This document shows, piece after piece, positions 41,804 through 50,493 of a stretch of 64,000 nucleotides of DNA; position 1 is the stretch's first letter; each line of letters starts with the position of its first letter. The notes beneath the pieces are model-generated. The model was not told the origin of the DNA, did no database searches, and saw nothing but the letters and a program-made list of their open reading frames with translations. The stretch comes from an uncultured bacterium. GTDB taxonomy: Bacteria; Krumholzibacteriota; Krumholzibacteriia; LZORAL124-64-63. The position numbers and the translations under genes are program-made. Where the stretch lies: positions 448,001 to 512,000 of the forward strand of contig CAVSGO010000007.1 in the NCBI GenBank assembly GCA_963727525.1. Reading direction: 5' to 3'.

Positions 41804-42489
41804 GCGACCGGCTCGCCCTGCCTGACGGACGCACCGTCGCCCTGGACGCATCCACCCGGTTGCGCGTGCGCAGTGGCGTTGTCGTGGCCGCGGACGTGGT
41901 CGTACGGGACGAACCGGCGGTATGGGACGAGATGGTCGCGCTGGCCGAGAATCTGCGCGGGCGGTATGCGGGCCGCCTGCCGAGCGAGATCGACGGGCTG
42001 CACGAGGCGCGTACGCTCTACAACGACTTCGGGATGGAGCCCACGCGCTACCGGCCCAGTAGCGAGGCGCTGCTGCGGCGAGTCCTGCAGGACCGGGATC
42101 TCTACCGCATCTCCAATGTGGTCGACTGCTGCAATCTGGCCAGTTTGAGCTTTTTGTTGCCGATCGGACTCTACGATCTCGACCGTGTCGACGGCGACGT
42201 GACCCTGCGGGCCGGCCACGCGGGGGAAGGGTACCCCGGAATCCGCAAGGGTACCATCAGCCTCGAGGGCCGGCTCGGACTGTTCGATGCCCAGGGGGGA
42301 TTCGGATCCCCCACCAGCGACAGTGCGCGGACGTCGGTAAGCGAGAGCACACGGCGTTTGCTCGGTGTGGTGATGGCGACCGGGAGCTACGACGGCGAGG
42401 CGACGCTTCGTCACGCCGGTTTCCTGGGCGAACTCTTCGTGCGCCATTGTGGCGGGCGAATCCTCTTCACTGGTACGCTCGGAGGTTGA
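41800..42489 (+). CDS. B3/B4 (PheT-like) tRNA-editing domain protein
   Basis: PTRYRPSSEALLRRV, ISNVVDCCN, PIGLYD, GSPTSDS. Confidence 0.85.
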   Translation: MSDRLALPDGRTVALDASTRLRVRSGVVVAADVVVRDEPAVWDEMVALAENLRGRYAGRLPSEIDGLHEARTLYNDFGMEPTRYRPSSEALLRRVLQDRDLYRISNVVDCCNLASLSFLLPIGLYDLDRVDGDVTLRAGHAGEGYPGIRKGTISLEGRLGLFDAQGGFGSPTSDSARTSVSESTRRLLGVVMATGSYDGEATLRHAGFLGELFVRHCGGRILFTGTLGG

Positions 42490-42494
42490 GAACG

Positions 42495-44192
42495 GTGCGT
42501 CCACATGCGCATGCCCTGATCGCGCCCGCAGCGATCGCGCTTTTCCTCGTCGGCGGGATCACGCAGGCCGTGGAGGCACCCGCCACAGGCGACTCGTGCA
42601 TGGTCGTCACGGCCCATCCGCTGGCGACGCAGGCGGCGGTCGCCGTCCTGCGTGATGGCGGCAATGCGGCCGACGCGGTCGTATGCGCCGCGTTCGCCCT
42701 CGCGGTCGTCGAGCCGTATGCCTCCGGCCTTGGTGGTGGCGGCTTCGTGGTGGGCTGGAACCGGTCGTCGGACGCCGGATTCGCGCTCGATTGCCGGGAG
42801 ACGGCGCCGGCTGCCGCGACCCATGGCATGTATCGCGCGCGGGACGGCGGCGTCGATCCTGCCGCCAGTCAGGATGGCCCGCGCGCGGTGGCCGTGCCCG
42901 GCCTCGTGCGCGGACTCTGGGACCTGCACGTACGCGAGGGACGCTTGCCGTGGGCGCGTTTGATCGCACCGGCCGCGGCGTACGCGCGCGACGGGTATCC
43001 GGCCAGTGCCATGCTGATCGCGCGCCTCGCCGAGGAAGCACCGCGTCTCGACGAGACCCTGCGGTCGGTATTCATACCCGGCGGAGTGCTCCCACAGGCG
43101 GGACAGCTCATCGTCCAGCCGGACCTCGCCGCGACGCTTTCCCTTCTCGCCGATCAGGGCCCCGATCCGTTCTACACGGGTGACCTGGCGGAGCGTATCG
43201 CTGCGGCCGTTGCCGGCGCGCGCGGCACACTCACCATGGCCGATCTCGCGAGCTATCGCACCGTGTGGCGCGCGCCGGTCACCGGCACGTATCGCGGCCT
43301 CACCGTCGTCTCGATGCCGCCCCCCAGCAGCGGTGGCGTGCACCTCATCGAGATGCTGCACGTCATCGAGGGCTTCGATCTGACCGCGGCCGGCTATGGC
43401 AGCGCCGCGGCGTGGCATCCCCTGCTGGAGGCGATGAAGTTCGCCTTCGCCGACCGCAGCCGTTTCCTCGGCGACCCGGACTTCGTGGCGGTGCCCGTGC
43501 GCCGCCTCACTTCCCGCGCCTACGCCGACTCCCTGCGCGCGCGCATTCCGGCGGAGCACGCGATCCCCTGCGCCGACATCGCCGGCGTCGGTGCGCCCGA
43601 TCACGCGGGGCACACGAGCCACATCAGCATCGTCGACAGTGACGGGAACGCGGTCGCCGCCACCTTCACGATCAACCTCACGTTCGGCTCCGGCGTGATG
43701 GCCGCGAGCACCGGGATCATCCTCAACGACGAGATGGACGACTTCGTCGCCGCGCCGGGAGTCGCCAACGCGTTCGGCCTCGTGGGCGGCGAGGCCAACA
43801 GCATCGCGCCGGGCAAGCGACCGCTGTCGAGCATGACGCCGACCATCGTCCTCGATGCCGACGGGGCCGTGTTCATGGTCACCGGCAGCCCCGGCGGTTC
43901 GCGCATCATCACGACGACCCTGCAAACGATCGTGCATGTGGTCGATTTCGGGATGGATGCGCTGCAGGCGGTGAGCGTACCGCGGATCCATCACCAGTGG
44001 TCGCCGCCGACGACGTTCCACGAGCCCTACGGCATCTCGCCCGACACGCGAGCGCGGCTCGCGGCGATGGGCTACGCGTTCACCGAGCGTCAGAAGATCG
44101 GACTCGCGCAAACGATCGTGCGCGACCGCGCGCGCGGTCTCTGGACGGGCGCGAGCGATCCGCGCGGCATGGGGCTGGCCGCTGGGTTCTGA
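42495..44192 (+). CDS. ggt: Gamma-glutamyltransferase
   Basis: GGNAADA, SGLGGGGF, DCRE, HTSHISIVD (catalytic Thr), LNDEMDDF, PGKRPLSSMTP, GSPGG. Confidence 0.95.
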   Translation: MRPHAHALIAPAAIALFLVGGITQAVEAPATGDSCMVVTAHPLATQAAVAVLRDGGNAADAVVCAAFALAVVEPYASGLGGGGFVVGWNRSSDAGFALDCRETAPAAATHGMYRARDGGVDPAASQDGPRAVAVPGLVRGLWDLHVREGRLPWARLIAPAAAYARDGYPASAMLIARLAEEAPRLDETLRSVFIPGGVLPQAGQLIVQPDLAATLSLLADQGPDPFYTGDLAERIAAAVAGARGTLTMADLASYRTVWRAPVTGTYRGLTVVSMPPPSSGGVHLIEMLHVIEGFDLTAAGYGSAAAWHPLLEAMKFAFADRSRFLGDPDFVAVPVRRLTSRAYADSLRARIPAEHAIPCADIAGVGAPDHAGHTSHISIVDSDGNAVAATFTINLTFGSGVMAASTGIILNDEMDDFVAAPGVANAFGLVGGEANSIAPGKRPLSSMTPTIVLDADGAVFMVTGSPGGSRIITTTLQTIVHVVDFGMDALQAVSVPRIHHQWSPPTTFHEPYGISPDTRARLAAMGYAFTERQKIGLAQTIVRDRARGLWTGASDPRGMGLAAGF

Positions 44193-44233
44193 CGGCGCTT
44201 ACTTGGCGGAACACCCTCGTCCCTGGAGGCGTC

Positions 44234-45505
44234 ATGTACCGCCGCTCCTTACTGTTGCCGTCGATCATTGCGCTGCTGACCACTGCGACCGGCGTCCTCG
44301 CCCAGGATGTTGGCGACCATCCCGACACCACGCGATTGCGCCGCATCGTCGTCGATCTCACGGCGCCCGCGCTGGCGGGACGTGAGGCCGGCACGCCGGG
44401 CGAGGTCGCGGCCGGCGATTCGCTCGCCCACTGGCTCGCCGCGGCTGGATTGCAACCGGCGTTTGCGGGTGACTGGTTCCAGCTCTTCCCCCTGCACGGC
44501 GACAGCCTTACGGGTCGCGAGTCGCGCAACACCGTGGGCGTGATTCCCGGGGTCGGAGATCTCGCGGGGCGTTGGGTCGTGATCGCCGCCCACGTCGATC
44601 ACCTGGGCCGGATGCCCGACGTGCCTGCCGATGCGGTGCCGGCGCCTGGACACTACTACCCTGGAGCCAACGACAATGCCGCCGGCGTTGCCGCGGTGGT
44701 GGCCGCCACGCGGGTCCTGGCCGCGAGCAAGGATGGTGGCCCACGGCGTGGCGTCCTCGTGGCCGGGTTCGGCGGAGAAGAGGCCGGTCTGCAGGGATCG
44801 GCCTGGTTCGTCGATCATCTGCCGGTTCCGCGCGACAGCCTCGACGTCATGCTCAATCTCGACACGATCGGTCGCCTGACGGGGGATGCTCTCTATGTCG
44901 GTGGCGTGGGCACGTCGCCGCCGCTCGCGGACATGGCGCGCGCAGCGTCCGGCGCGCTCCCTCTGCGGGAGTCCCGGGCGGGCTGGTCCGGCGGCGATCA
45001 CGTGAGCTTCTTGCTCCACCACATTCCGGCCGTCGCGCTCTTCGGCGGACCCTATGCCGAGTACAACTCGCCCGCAGACGACGTCGACGTGATCGACTTC
45101 GTCAGCGTGGCGCGCGTGTCCGGTTTCGCCGCCCAGCTAGCGGATAGCATGCGCCGCCATGACGGACCATTCCCGTACGTCGAAGTGGCGCCCGTCAACG
45201 AAGCGGTTTCCACGGACGGTAACCGCTCCACGTGGTTCGGAAGTGTTCCGGACTTCGGCGGCGATGCCGATGGCTACAGGATCGGTCAGGTCGTGGCGGG
45301 GGGGCCGGCGGCGCGCGCGGGCTTGCGCGACGGCGACATCCTCGTGCGCCTGGCCGACGACGCCGTCACCGACCTCGCGACATTCACCGAGGCCCTGCGA
45401 CGCCATGCGCCCGGCGATCCGGTCGATGTCACCGTCGAGCGCAGCGGACGCCCGATGCGCTTCACCGTGGTCCTCGGTGATCGCCACGACCGCGGCGCGC
45501 CGTGA
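44234..45505 (+). CDS. M28 family peptidase with C-terminal PDZ domain
   Basis: Signal peptide, AHVDHLG, GANDNAAG, GEEAGL, LNLD; PDZ FGSVPD...GPAARAGLRDGD. Confidence 0.88.
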   Translation: MYRRSLLLPSIIALLTTATGVLAQDVGDHPDTTRLRRIVVDLTAPALAGREAGTPGEVAAGDSLAHWLAAAGLQPAFAGDWFQLFPLHGDSLTGRESRNTVGVIPGVGDLAGRWVVIAAHVDHLGRMPDVPADAVPAPGHYYPGANDNAAGVAAVVAATRVLAASKDGGPRRGVLVAGFGGEEAGLQGSAWFVDHLPVPRDSLDVMLNLDTIGRLTGDALYVGGVGTSPPLADMARAASGALPLRESRAGWSGGDHVSFLLHHIPAVALFGGPYAEYNSPADDVDVIDFVSVARVSGFAAQLADSMRRHDGPFPYVEVAPVNEAVSTDGNRSTWFGSVPDFGGDADGYRIGQVVAGGPAARAGLRDGDILVRLADDAVTDLATFTEALRRHAPGDPVDVTVERSGRPMRFTVVLGDRHDRGAP

Positions 45506-46725
45506 GTGCCCGTGTCGTCCGCGCGGGCGGAACTCCGCCCGCAGACATGGCGTCTGACGCCGACCTGCCGATCGCGGACCTGCGTCGTGATCTGCTGGCC
45601 TGGTATGCCGTGCGGCGTCGCGCCCTGCCCTGGCGCGAACGTCCCTCGCTCTATGGTACCTGGATCTCGGAGATCATGTTGCAGCAGACCACGGTCGCTG
45701 CCGTCGTGCCGTACTGGGAGCGCTTCGTCGGGCGCTTTCCCGACGTGTCCACACTGGCCGCCGCGCCCCGGGACGACGTTCTCGCACTGTGGTCGGGGCT
45801 GGGCTACTACCGCCGTGGCCGCATGCTGCATGAAGCTGCGCGTCTCGTCGTGGCCGAGCGCAGCGGCGAATTGCCCGCCACGGCGGCGCAGTGGCGGGCA
45901 TTGCCGGGGGTGGGGGCGTACGCGGCGGGAGCCATCGCCAGTATCGGACTCGGTGAGGTGGTGCCGGCCGTCGATGCGAACGCGCGGCGGGTCATCCTGC
46001 GCTGGCTGGCCCCCGATCCGGCCGCGGCCCGCGCGGTGAGCGCCGCGGGATTGGGAGCCGTCGCGGCAGCGCTCGTCGATCCACAACGGCCCGGCGACTG
46101 GAACCAGGCCGTCATGGAACTCGGCGCCACCCATTGCCGGGCGCGCCAGGTCGACTGCGGGCGGTGCCCCGTGCAATGCCACTGCCGCGCCCGGGCGGCA
46201 GGCGATCCCGTGCATGTGGGCGAGGCGAAACGCCGCGCCCCGGCCATGCCAGTGCGCACCACGTGCCTGGCCGTCGTCCACCGCGGACGCGTGCTCCTCG
46301 TCCCGGCCGCGGCGGCGGGCGTGGCCGGTGAGCTCGCGCAGGGCGATGTCGTTCGCGACAATGTCGGATCGCTGCACGGGGGGTTGTTCGTGCTGCCGCA
46401 GACGGCATGGTACGGAGGGTCCACCGGCACCGCGCGGCCCGCGGACGTCGCCGCCATCTGGCGGACATGGCTCGACGCCCGTGGCATCCCGGCTGCGGCC
46501 GTGTTCTGCGCGGGGGAGGTGCGGCATGCCATCACGCGGTTCCGTCTGCAGGTGACGGTCGTGCGCATCGACTTACCGGGCGACCGACCCCGGCCTCCGC
46601 TCCTGGAAGAATGGCGGGAAGGGCGCTGGCCAACCCTCCGGGAGGGCGCCTCCGGGGTCGGCACCCTGCCCATCTCGGTCCTCGCCGCGCGCTGCCTGGG
46701 GCGCCTGACCGTTTCTGCACGATAG
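45502..46725 (+). CDS. mutY: A/G-specific adenine glycosylase
   Basis: RALPWR, WISEIMLQQT, WSGLGYY, LPGVGAYAA, VDAN, NQAVMELGA, Fe-S loop Cx6Cx2Cx5C. Confidence 0.92.
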   Translation: MSARVVRAGGTPPADMASDADLPIADLRRDLLAWYAVRRRALPWRERPSLYGTWISEIMLQQTTVAAVVPYWERFVGRFPDVSTLAAAPRDDVLALWSGLGYYRRGRMLHEAARLVVAERSGELPATAAQWRALPGVGAYAAGAIASIGLGEVVPAVDANARRVILRWLAPDPAAARAVSAAGLGAVAAALVDPQRPGDWNQAVMELGATHCRARQVDCGRCPVQCHCRARAAGDPVHVGEAKRRAPAMPVRTTCLAVVHRGRVLLVPAAAAGVAGELAQGDVVRDNVGSLHGGLFVLPQTAWYGGSTGTARPADVAAIWRTWLDARGIPAAAVFCAGEVRHAITRFRLQVTVVRIDLPGDRPRPPLLEEWREGRWPTLREGASGVGTLPISVLAARCLGRLTVSAR

Positions 46726-46914
46726 TGATAATGCCAGAGTATTTTTGGGTTTTCACAGGCTCCTGGCGTGCAACCTCTTAGGAGAAAACGCGGGAAGTCT
46801 ACGGGTATTCTTGATTACGTTTTGACAATGCGGAGTTCAATCACCAATTTTGCCCGCACTGGTGTTACCCTCAAGGCGCAAACGACCCCCAATCCACCCT
46901 GGAAGGTTACAACG

Positions 46915-47313
46915 ATGCTCCAGATCACCAGGCAAACGGAATACGCGATCCGCGGTCTGCAGGAACTGGCCCGCCGCAACGGCGATGCTCCCGTGCAGCT
47001 CAAGTCCATCGCGAAATCCTGCGATGTATCCGAGGCCTTCCTGGCCAAGATCTTCCAGATGCTCTCGCAGCAGCACATCGTCAAGAGCCATCGCGGCGTG
47101 AAGGGCGGCTTCAGCCTCGGTCGCAAGGCCGACGAGATCTCCCTGCGCGACATCGTCGAGGTGTGCGAGGGCGGGATCGCCCTCAACCACTGCCTGCGCC
47201 AGACGAATCGGTGCGAGAATGCGGACGATTGCAACATGAGTCAGGCCTGGTCCAAGGCCCAGAACGCTCTGGTCGGCGCGCTCGAGGAGACGTATCTCTC
47301 CGACCTGCTCTAG
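46915..47313 (+). CDS. Rrf2 family transcriptional regulator (three C-terminal Cys, probably Fe-S binding)
   Basis: TEYAIRGL, FLAKIFQML, SHRGVKGGFSL, CLRQTNRCENADDC. Confidence 0.9.
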   Translation: MLQITRQTEYAIRGLQELARRNGDAPVQLKSIAKSCDVSEAFLAKIFQMLSQQHIVKSHRGVKGGFSLGRKADEISLRDIVEVCEGGIALNHCLRQTNRCENADDCNMSQAWSKAQNALVGALEETYLSDLL

Positions 47314-48443
47314 GTCGGTAAGCTCTCTGGCGGGCCCTCGTGCGGACGAGGGCCCCCGATCTCCTCGCCAACGCTCCGATTTCCCGCATCCAGATGCCGA
47401 CGGCGTAGCTGTCCGCATGCCGCCGCGATATCCCGTCCCCCGCTCACGCGAATCGTCACCGGCACATCGGCCCGCCGGAGCACGTCCTGGAACGCGAGGA
47501 TACGCTCGCTCTCCGGTGCCCTCAATGCGTCGTCGTCCAGCTCGTTCAACGGGATGAGATTGACCTTGAACGGACGGTTCGCCAGGTGCTGTACGAGCAG
47601 TTGCGCCTGCGCGGGATCGTCGGTGCGCCCTGCGATCAGGACCCAGGCCACCGTCACGCGCCGGTTCATGCGTTGCGCGTGCATCTCCGCGGCTCGCAGT
47701 ACGGTCGCGATGGCGGCCTTGCCCGATACCGGCATGATCTTGCGTCGGGCCTGGTCGTCGGCACCACCCAGGCTGATCGTGAGGCCGACGGCGTGCCGCA
47801 ACTCGTTGAGCCGCGCCAGGCCATGCGGCGGTGCCGAGGTCGAGATCTGGATCCTCCGGACGGACATTCCCAGGCCGCTCGGCGCCACGAACGTGTCGAT
47901 GGCTCCGCTGACGGCGGCGAAGTTGTCGAGTGGCTCTCCCATCCCCATGAAGACCACGTTGAACTGGCGGTCGCCATGCTGAGGATAGGGATCGTCCAGG
48001 AGATCGCGCGCAAGTCTCAGCACCTGCTCGACGATCTCTCCCCGGCTGAGGTCCCGCACACGCCCACCGCGCGCCGTGGCGCAGAACCGGCAGGCCATCG
48101 CACAGCCCACCTGGCTCGATATGCAGAACGTCGCATGCTCCTCCATCGGGATGATCACGCTCTCGACGGTGTTTCCGTCGCGCAGCTCGAACAGGAACTT
48201 CCGCGTCCCGTCGCGACCCACGAGGCGTTCGACGCGCGCCAGGCCACTGGCATCGTAGTCTGCCGCCAGTTCATCCTTGAGCGCTTGCGGGAGGTTGCGC
48301 ATCTCCGACCAGTTGAAGGCAGACCGGGCGTAGAGCCAGTGTGCGAGCTGGCGGCCTCGATAGGATGCGTGCCCCGCCGCCGCCAGCAGGTCTGGCCACG
48401 CGTGGGGGTCATGGTCGCGGAGCAATGGCTTCAACGTGGTCAT
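47310..48443 (-). CDS. rlmN: 23S rRNA/tRNA adenine C2-methyltransferase (radical SAM)
   Basis: DGTRKFLF, CISSQVGCAMACRFC, FMGMGEP, VNLIPLN, IAAACGQL. Confidence 0.9.
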   Translation of the reverse strand: MTTLKPLLRDHDPHAWPDLLAAAGHASYRGRQLAHWLYARSAFNWSEMRNLPQALKDELAADYDASGLARVERLVGRDGTRKFLFELRDGNTVESVIIPMEEHATFCISSQVGCAMACRFCATARGGRVRDLSRGEIVEQVLRLARDLLDDPYPQHGDRQFNVVFMGMGEPLDNFAAVSGAIDTFVAPSGLGMSVRRIQISTSAPPHGLARLNELRHAVGLTISLGGADDQARRKIMPVSGKAAIATVLRAAEMHAQRMNRRVTVAWVLIAGRTDDPAQAQLLVQHLANRPFKVNLIPLNELDDDALRAPESERILAFQDVLRRADVPVTIRVSGGRDIAAACGQLRRRHLDAGNRSVGEEIGGPRPHEGPPESLPT

Positions 48444-48577
48444 TGGCACGGTTCATCTCGCCTCGGCGGGGACGGCCGTCCCGCCCTTGACACGGCCCGG
48501 TGCCCCGGGCAAGTTGAGTCGCAACTCGGGCAAGGTCACCGCGGTCGCGCTGATCCGCAAGCCGAAGGAGTGCATCC

Positions 48578-49942
48578 GTGCAGACGATCCTGGTGGTCGA
48601 CGACGAGGTCGCGATCCGCGAAACACTTGCCCAGATCTTGTCCTACGAGGGGTACCGCGTCCGCACTGCCGCCGACGGTCCCCGGGCACTGGCCGACCTC
48701 CAGGACGAAACGGCCGACGTGGTGCTGCTCGATGTCAAGATGCCCGGCATGGACGGGTTCGAGGTCCTCGCGCGGCTGGGCCGCGACTGGCCCCGACTGC
48801 CGGTCATCGTCATCTCCGGTCACGGCGACATCAAGACCGCCGTCGATGCCGTCAAGCAGGGCGCATACGACTTCCTCGAGAAACCTCTCGACCGCAATCG
48901 CCTCCTGGTCACGCTACAGAATTGCCTCGCCCACAGCCGTGTGGAGCGCGATCGCGAACGGCTGGCGGCCAAGGCCGGGCGCCGCGCACCCCTGATCGGG
49001 GAGTGCCCGGCCATGCACCAGGTCCGCGCCTTCATCGAGCGCGCAGCTCCGGCCAGCGGCACCGTCCTCATCACGGGCGAGAACGGCACCGGCAAGGAAC
49101 TCGTCGTGGCTGCCATCCACGCCGCGAGCCAGCGTCGCAATGGTCCGCTGATCGAGGTCAACTGCGCGGCGATCCCGAAGGACCTCGTGGAGAGCGAACT
49201 GTTCGGGCACGAGAAGGGCGCGTTCACTGGCGCCGACAAGTTGCGGGTCGGCAAGTTTGAGCAGGCAGACGGGGGGACGCTCTTCCTGGACGAGATCGGC
49301 GACATGAACGAGCAGGCGCAGGCCAAGGTGCTGCGTGCCGTGGAGGAGGGGCGATTCCAGCGCGTGGGCGGGAACGAGACGCTGCGGGTCGACGTCCGGA
49401 TCGTCGCCGCCACCAACCGTGACCTCACGCTGCCGGAAACGGGTTTCCGGCGCGACCTCTACTTCCGACTCAACGTCCTGTCTACGCACCTGCCGCCCTT
49501 GCGCGAGCGCGGTCACGACATCGATCTACTGCTCGCGCATTTCATGGCAACCCTCTCCGCGAACCTCAAGGTCAAGGCGAAGACCTTCGCGCCCGAGACA
49601 CTGGCGATCCTGCGCGGGTATGCCTGGCCGGGAAACGTCCGGGAACTGCGCAACCTCGTCGAGCGACTACTCATCCTTACCCCGGGCGATACGGTGCGAC
49701 CGGGCGACCTGCCGCTGTTGCCGGGCGCCGGCGACGGAGGTAAGGGCGAGTGGGACCTGTTGCGTTGCGCGGATTTCCAGGAGTTCAAGTCACGATCGGA
49801 GGGGCTCTATCTCCAGCACAAGTTGCGTGAGTTTCACTACAACGTCAGCCGGACAGCGGAGGCTCTGGCCATGCAGAGAAGCAACCTCTACAAGAAGATC
49901 GCCAAGTATGGTTTGCAAACTCAACCAGAGGACGAGACATGA
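48578..49942 (+). CDS. sigma54-dependent response regulator (REC-AAA+-HTH, NtrX-like)
   Basis: VVDDE, LLDVKMP, ISGHG, EKP; GENGTGKE, GAFTGA, FLDEIG, WPGNVREL; Fis-type HTH. Confidence 0.93.
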   Translation: MQTILVVDDEVAIRETLAQILSYEGYRVRTAADGPRALADLQDETADVVLLDVKMPGMDGFEVLARLGRDWPRLPVIVISGHGDIKTAVDAVKQGAYDFLEKPLDRNRLLVTLQNCLAHSRVERDRERLAAKAGRRAPLIGECPAMHQVRAFIERAAPASGTVLITGENGTGKELVVAAIHAASQRRNGPLIEVNCAAIPKDLVESELFGHEKGAFTGADKLRVGKFEQADGGTLFLDEIGDMNEQAQAKVLRAVEEGRFQRVGGNETLRVDVRIVAATNRDLTLPETGFRRDLYFRLNVLSTHLPPLRERGHDIDLLLAHFMATLSANLKVKAKTFAPETLAILRGYAWPGNVRELRNLVERLLILTPGDTVRPGDLPLLPGAGDGGKGEWDLLRCADFQEFKSRSEGLYLQHKLREFHYNVSRTAEALAMQRSNLYKKIAKYGLQTQPEDET

Positions 49943-49983
49943 CGTCCTGCGCACCATCCTTCAAATAATTATCGACGTACGTA

Positions 49984-50012
49984 TTGACGGCGAGGGGTCG
50001 TTCCAGTATGTT
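49984..50012 (+). promoter_or_regulatory. sigma70-type promoter of the small secreted peptide gene
   Basis: TTGACG-N17-TATGTT preceded by an AT-rich stretch. Confidence 0.65.
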
Positions 50013-50103
50013 CAAAGCAGAAAACGGCTTCTTGCAAGACTGCAAGAGGCATCCTCCCTCAAGCGGGCGGATTGCCCGCAAGCTCGTCGCTAAGGAGGAG
50101 GAC

Positions 50104-50427
50104 ATGAAGGGAGTCCTCACCGTCCTTGTCCTGACGGCCGCCCTGCTCGTTGCGGCTTCTCTGGACAGCGGCGTTGCTCTGGCCGTCGTCGATGATGCGC
50201 CGCAGGGACAACCTCAGGGTATCGAAGTCCCGCACGGCGTACCGATGGTCATGGGTGACATGTCGGGCGAAGGCAACGAGGGCGATCCGGACGACATCGG
50301 CGGTGGTTTCCGTTCGTCGGGTTCCGGGATCGTCCACGACGTTCCGGATCCGCCTCCCGGCGGGTACGATCTGATGGATCATCTGGTCACTGTCTTTGCA
50401 CGATACTGGTTCCTCTACGTGCGGTGA
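50104..50427 (+). CDS. Small secreted protein / candidate signalling pro-peptide (107 aa)
   Basis: Strong RBS AAGGAGGAG; Sec signal MKGVLTVLVLTAALLVAASLDSGVALA; acidic Gly/Pro-rich middle (GEGNEGDPDDIGGG); aromatic/hydrophobic C-terminus. Confidence 0.8.
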   Translation: MKGVLTVLVLTAALLVAASLDSGVALAVVDDAPQGQPQGIEVPHGVPMVMGDMSGEGNEGDPDDIGGGFRSSGSGIVHDVPDPPPGGYDLMDHLVTVFARYWFLYVR

Positions 50428-50463
50428 GCCGGCGCCCGAGAACGCCGGCTCTTCGCTTCATTT
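50426..50463 (+). terminator. Intrinsic terminator-like hairpin between the peptide gene and the regulator
   Basis: GAGCCGGCG-N8-CGCCGGCTC followed by TTCGCTTCATTT. Confidence 0.65.
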
Positions 50464-50493
50464 CACGATCTGCGATCCACCACTCGCCAGGGG

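Noticed and set aside
48444-48460. TTGGCACG upstream of the NtrX-like gene as a sigma54 promoter
   Set aside because: No GC at the -12 position; a TTGACA sigma70-like element lies at 48487 instead
50104-50427. Small ORF as a RiPP precursor
   Set aside because: No modifying enzymes or dedicated transporter nearby (the radical SAM genes in the window are clear hemN and rlmN), and it has an ordinary Sec signal
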